Assembly (NCBI GenBank): GCA_000165345.1
Contig: CM000434.1
Coordinates: 672,001 to 736,000 of the forward strand
Direction: 5' to 3'
Length of the DNA: 64,000 nucleotides
The position numbers were made by a program, and so were the translations under genes. Below the pieces are notes generated by a model. It did not search any database, was not told where the DNA came from, and saw only the letters and a program-made list of their open reading frames with translations. Below are positions 62,778 through 64,000 of the stretch, one piece after another. Positions within the stretch are counted from its first letter, which is position 1. The number at the start of each line of letters is the position of its first letter.

Positions 62778-64000
62778 TTACCATAGCAGGGAAGAAATCC
62801 AATCGAAGCTTTTGACTCCTTGATCTTTTGTTGGAATGTCAATTTTGGAGTAATTGTTAGAATTTTCTGGGTCTTTAGAGCTGTCTTGGTTTTCAATTCC
62901 GAACTTTTGGAAGATGCTGTCAAGGTTAAATTGATCAAGTTTGGAAAAAGAGCAATCAAATGTTTCAACTTCCTTCTTGAGGGAGCATTCCTCAGGAGGA
63001 GCTTCCCGGATTGCTTTAGAAGAGGTAGGAGAATAGTCTTTTTTGATATCTGAGATATTTTTAGAGGATACAGGAGTGTAATTTCTAGGTTCTGACATTT
63101 GGCTAATGACCATAGGAGCATGGTAGTCTTGATCCCTGTCCTGGTCTTGGTCTGGGTCATGGTCTTCTATGGGAGAATTAAAAGAAGTAACAAGATCTGG
63201 AGGCGATTCTGGGTCAATAGAAGTGGATAGGAGAAAGACAGCTGAAAATCCAGTAATGATTTGGGTCTTTTCGATAAACTCGTGATCAATTTCAAACAGC
63301 TTGGAATGAAAAAGAGGTTTTTCCCAATGGTACTCAAAGGGTATAATGTCATTTCCAAGGTCTGAAACGCACATCTGGTCAATAATGGCTCTTTGGCCAA
63401 TGGAAATAATTAAAGGAGATCCGGGAGCTCTTAGAGTAATGAATACAGGAAGCTGACAATTTTCTGCTAAAGCAATAGCAATTTTGAACTCTCTAGAATT
63501 GAAGGTAAAATTGCTGTTTTCCAGAATACTTTCACATAAGCTTAAGGTATCAATCTGTTCTTTTTTAATTTGGATATCTTGATAAGTTGAATTATTTGAA
63601 ACACTATTTCCACTGGTATTTCCTGTTCCAATTGAAGATCCTGTGATTGGCACATCATATCCAGAAATACCAATTGGTTGAACTTTAATTGAAATTAAAG
63701 ATTCTTGGGATGAAATTGAGAGTGTCATCTTTGATTCCTTAATTTCCATATATCCAAATATATCCTTAAGAAGGCCAGAAGATATCCTTAATCCATGTCT
63801 TCTTTTCCAGAAAATTGTTTCATGAAGAAGAATTCTATCTTGATGTCCAATAACTGGGTATATACAATGCTTTCTAATTACTCCAATTTTACCGTGTAAA
63901 GTAACCCTTAAAGTATCATCATCATTTCCACTAATCTCAAAAATGAATCTGGTGGCTTTAAACCACTGAGTATTGTTAAAGCATTTAATCAGTGAGTCTA
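62778..64000 (-). CDS. Hypothetical protein whose 5' end runs off the window; the frame stays open upstream of the ATG at 63749.
   Basis: The minus frame reads ...DSLIKCFNNTQWFKATRFIFEISGNDDDTLRVTLHGKIGVIRKHCIYPVIGHQDRILLHETIFWKRRHGLRISSGLLKDIFGYMEIKESKM... from the window edge with no stop. The true start is either beyond 64000 or the ATG at 63749. Confidence 0.5.
   Translation of the reverse strand, partial: DSLIKCFNNTQWFKATRFIFEISGNDDDTLRVTLHGKIGVIRKHCIYPVIGHQDRILLHETIFWKRRHGLRISSGLLKDIFGYMEIKESKMTLSISSQESLISIKVQPIGISGYDVPITGSSIGTGNTSGNSVSNNSTYQDIQIKKEQIDTLSLCESILENSNFTFNSREFKIAIALAENCQLPVFITLRAPGSPLIISIGQRAIIDQMCVSDLGNDIIPFEYHWEKPLFHSKLFEIDHEFIEKTQIITGFSAVFLLSTSIDPESPPDLVTSFNSPIEDHDPDQDQDRDQDYHAPMVISQMSEPRNYTPVSSKNISDIKKDYSPTSSKAIREAPPEECSLKKEVETFDCSFSKLDQFNLDSIFQKFGIENQDSSKDPENSNNYSKIDIPTKDQGVKSFDWISSLLW

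Overview
The window is AT-rich eukaryotic nuclear DNA, about 30% GC by eye, densely packed with long ORFs that are mostly uninterrupted, with short intergenic spacers and only a few small GT-AG introns. The contents indicate an apicomplexan, most consistent with a Cryptosporidium-type genome: an eukaryotic tyrosyl-tRNA synthetase, a four-RRM poly(A)-binding protein with a C-terminal MLLE domain, an ApiAP2-type AP2 domain protein, an adrenodoxin-like [2Fe-2S] ferredoxin of the kind used for mitosomal Fe-S assembly, a Thr/Pro mucin-like secreted protein, and E2F-like GGCGCC/TTTGGCGGGAAA boxes plus GCATGC boxes in almost every upstream spacer. I call about 22 protein-coding genes. The ORF track uses bacterial-style alternative start codons (TTG) for at least two ORFs, so I moved those starts to the first ATG. 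The track also misses any gene with introns; I reconstructed the ferredoxin and one small membrane protein by hand. Points I rate as worth a second look: (1) a palindromic ATACCGGTAT / TATACCGG[T/C]AT element that recurs 150-550 bp upstream of seven different genes; (2) a rhodanese plus catalytically dead DUSP protein (MK-STYX-like pseudophosphatase); (3) a folate-receptor/Juno-fold Cys-rich protein with a GPI-like tail; (4) a TBC domain whose Arg and Gln fingers both look substituted; (5) a run of three secreted-protein genes including a mucin-like protein with internal tandem duplication; (6) an AP2 factor carrying an 18-nt (GGTGGI)n in-frame minisatellite beside an unusually long 2.65-kb gene-free AT-rich spacer; (7) an unusually long 294-nt intron in the ferredoxin gene. 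I see no rRNA, tRNA, transposon or CRISPR. All functional calls rest on motif recognition by eye and need an HMM or BLAST check.
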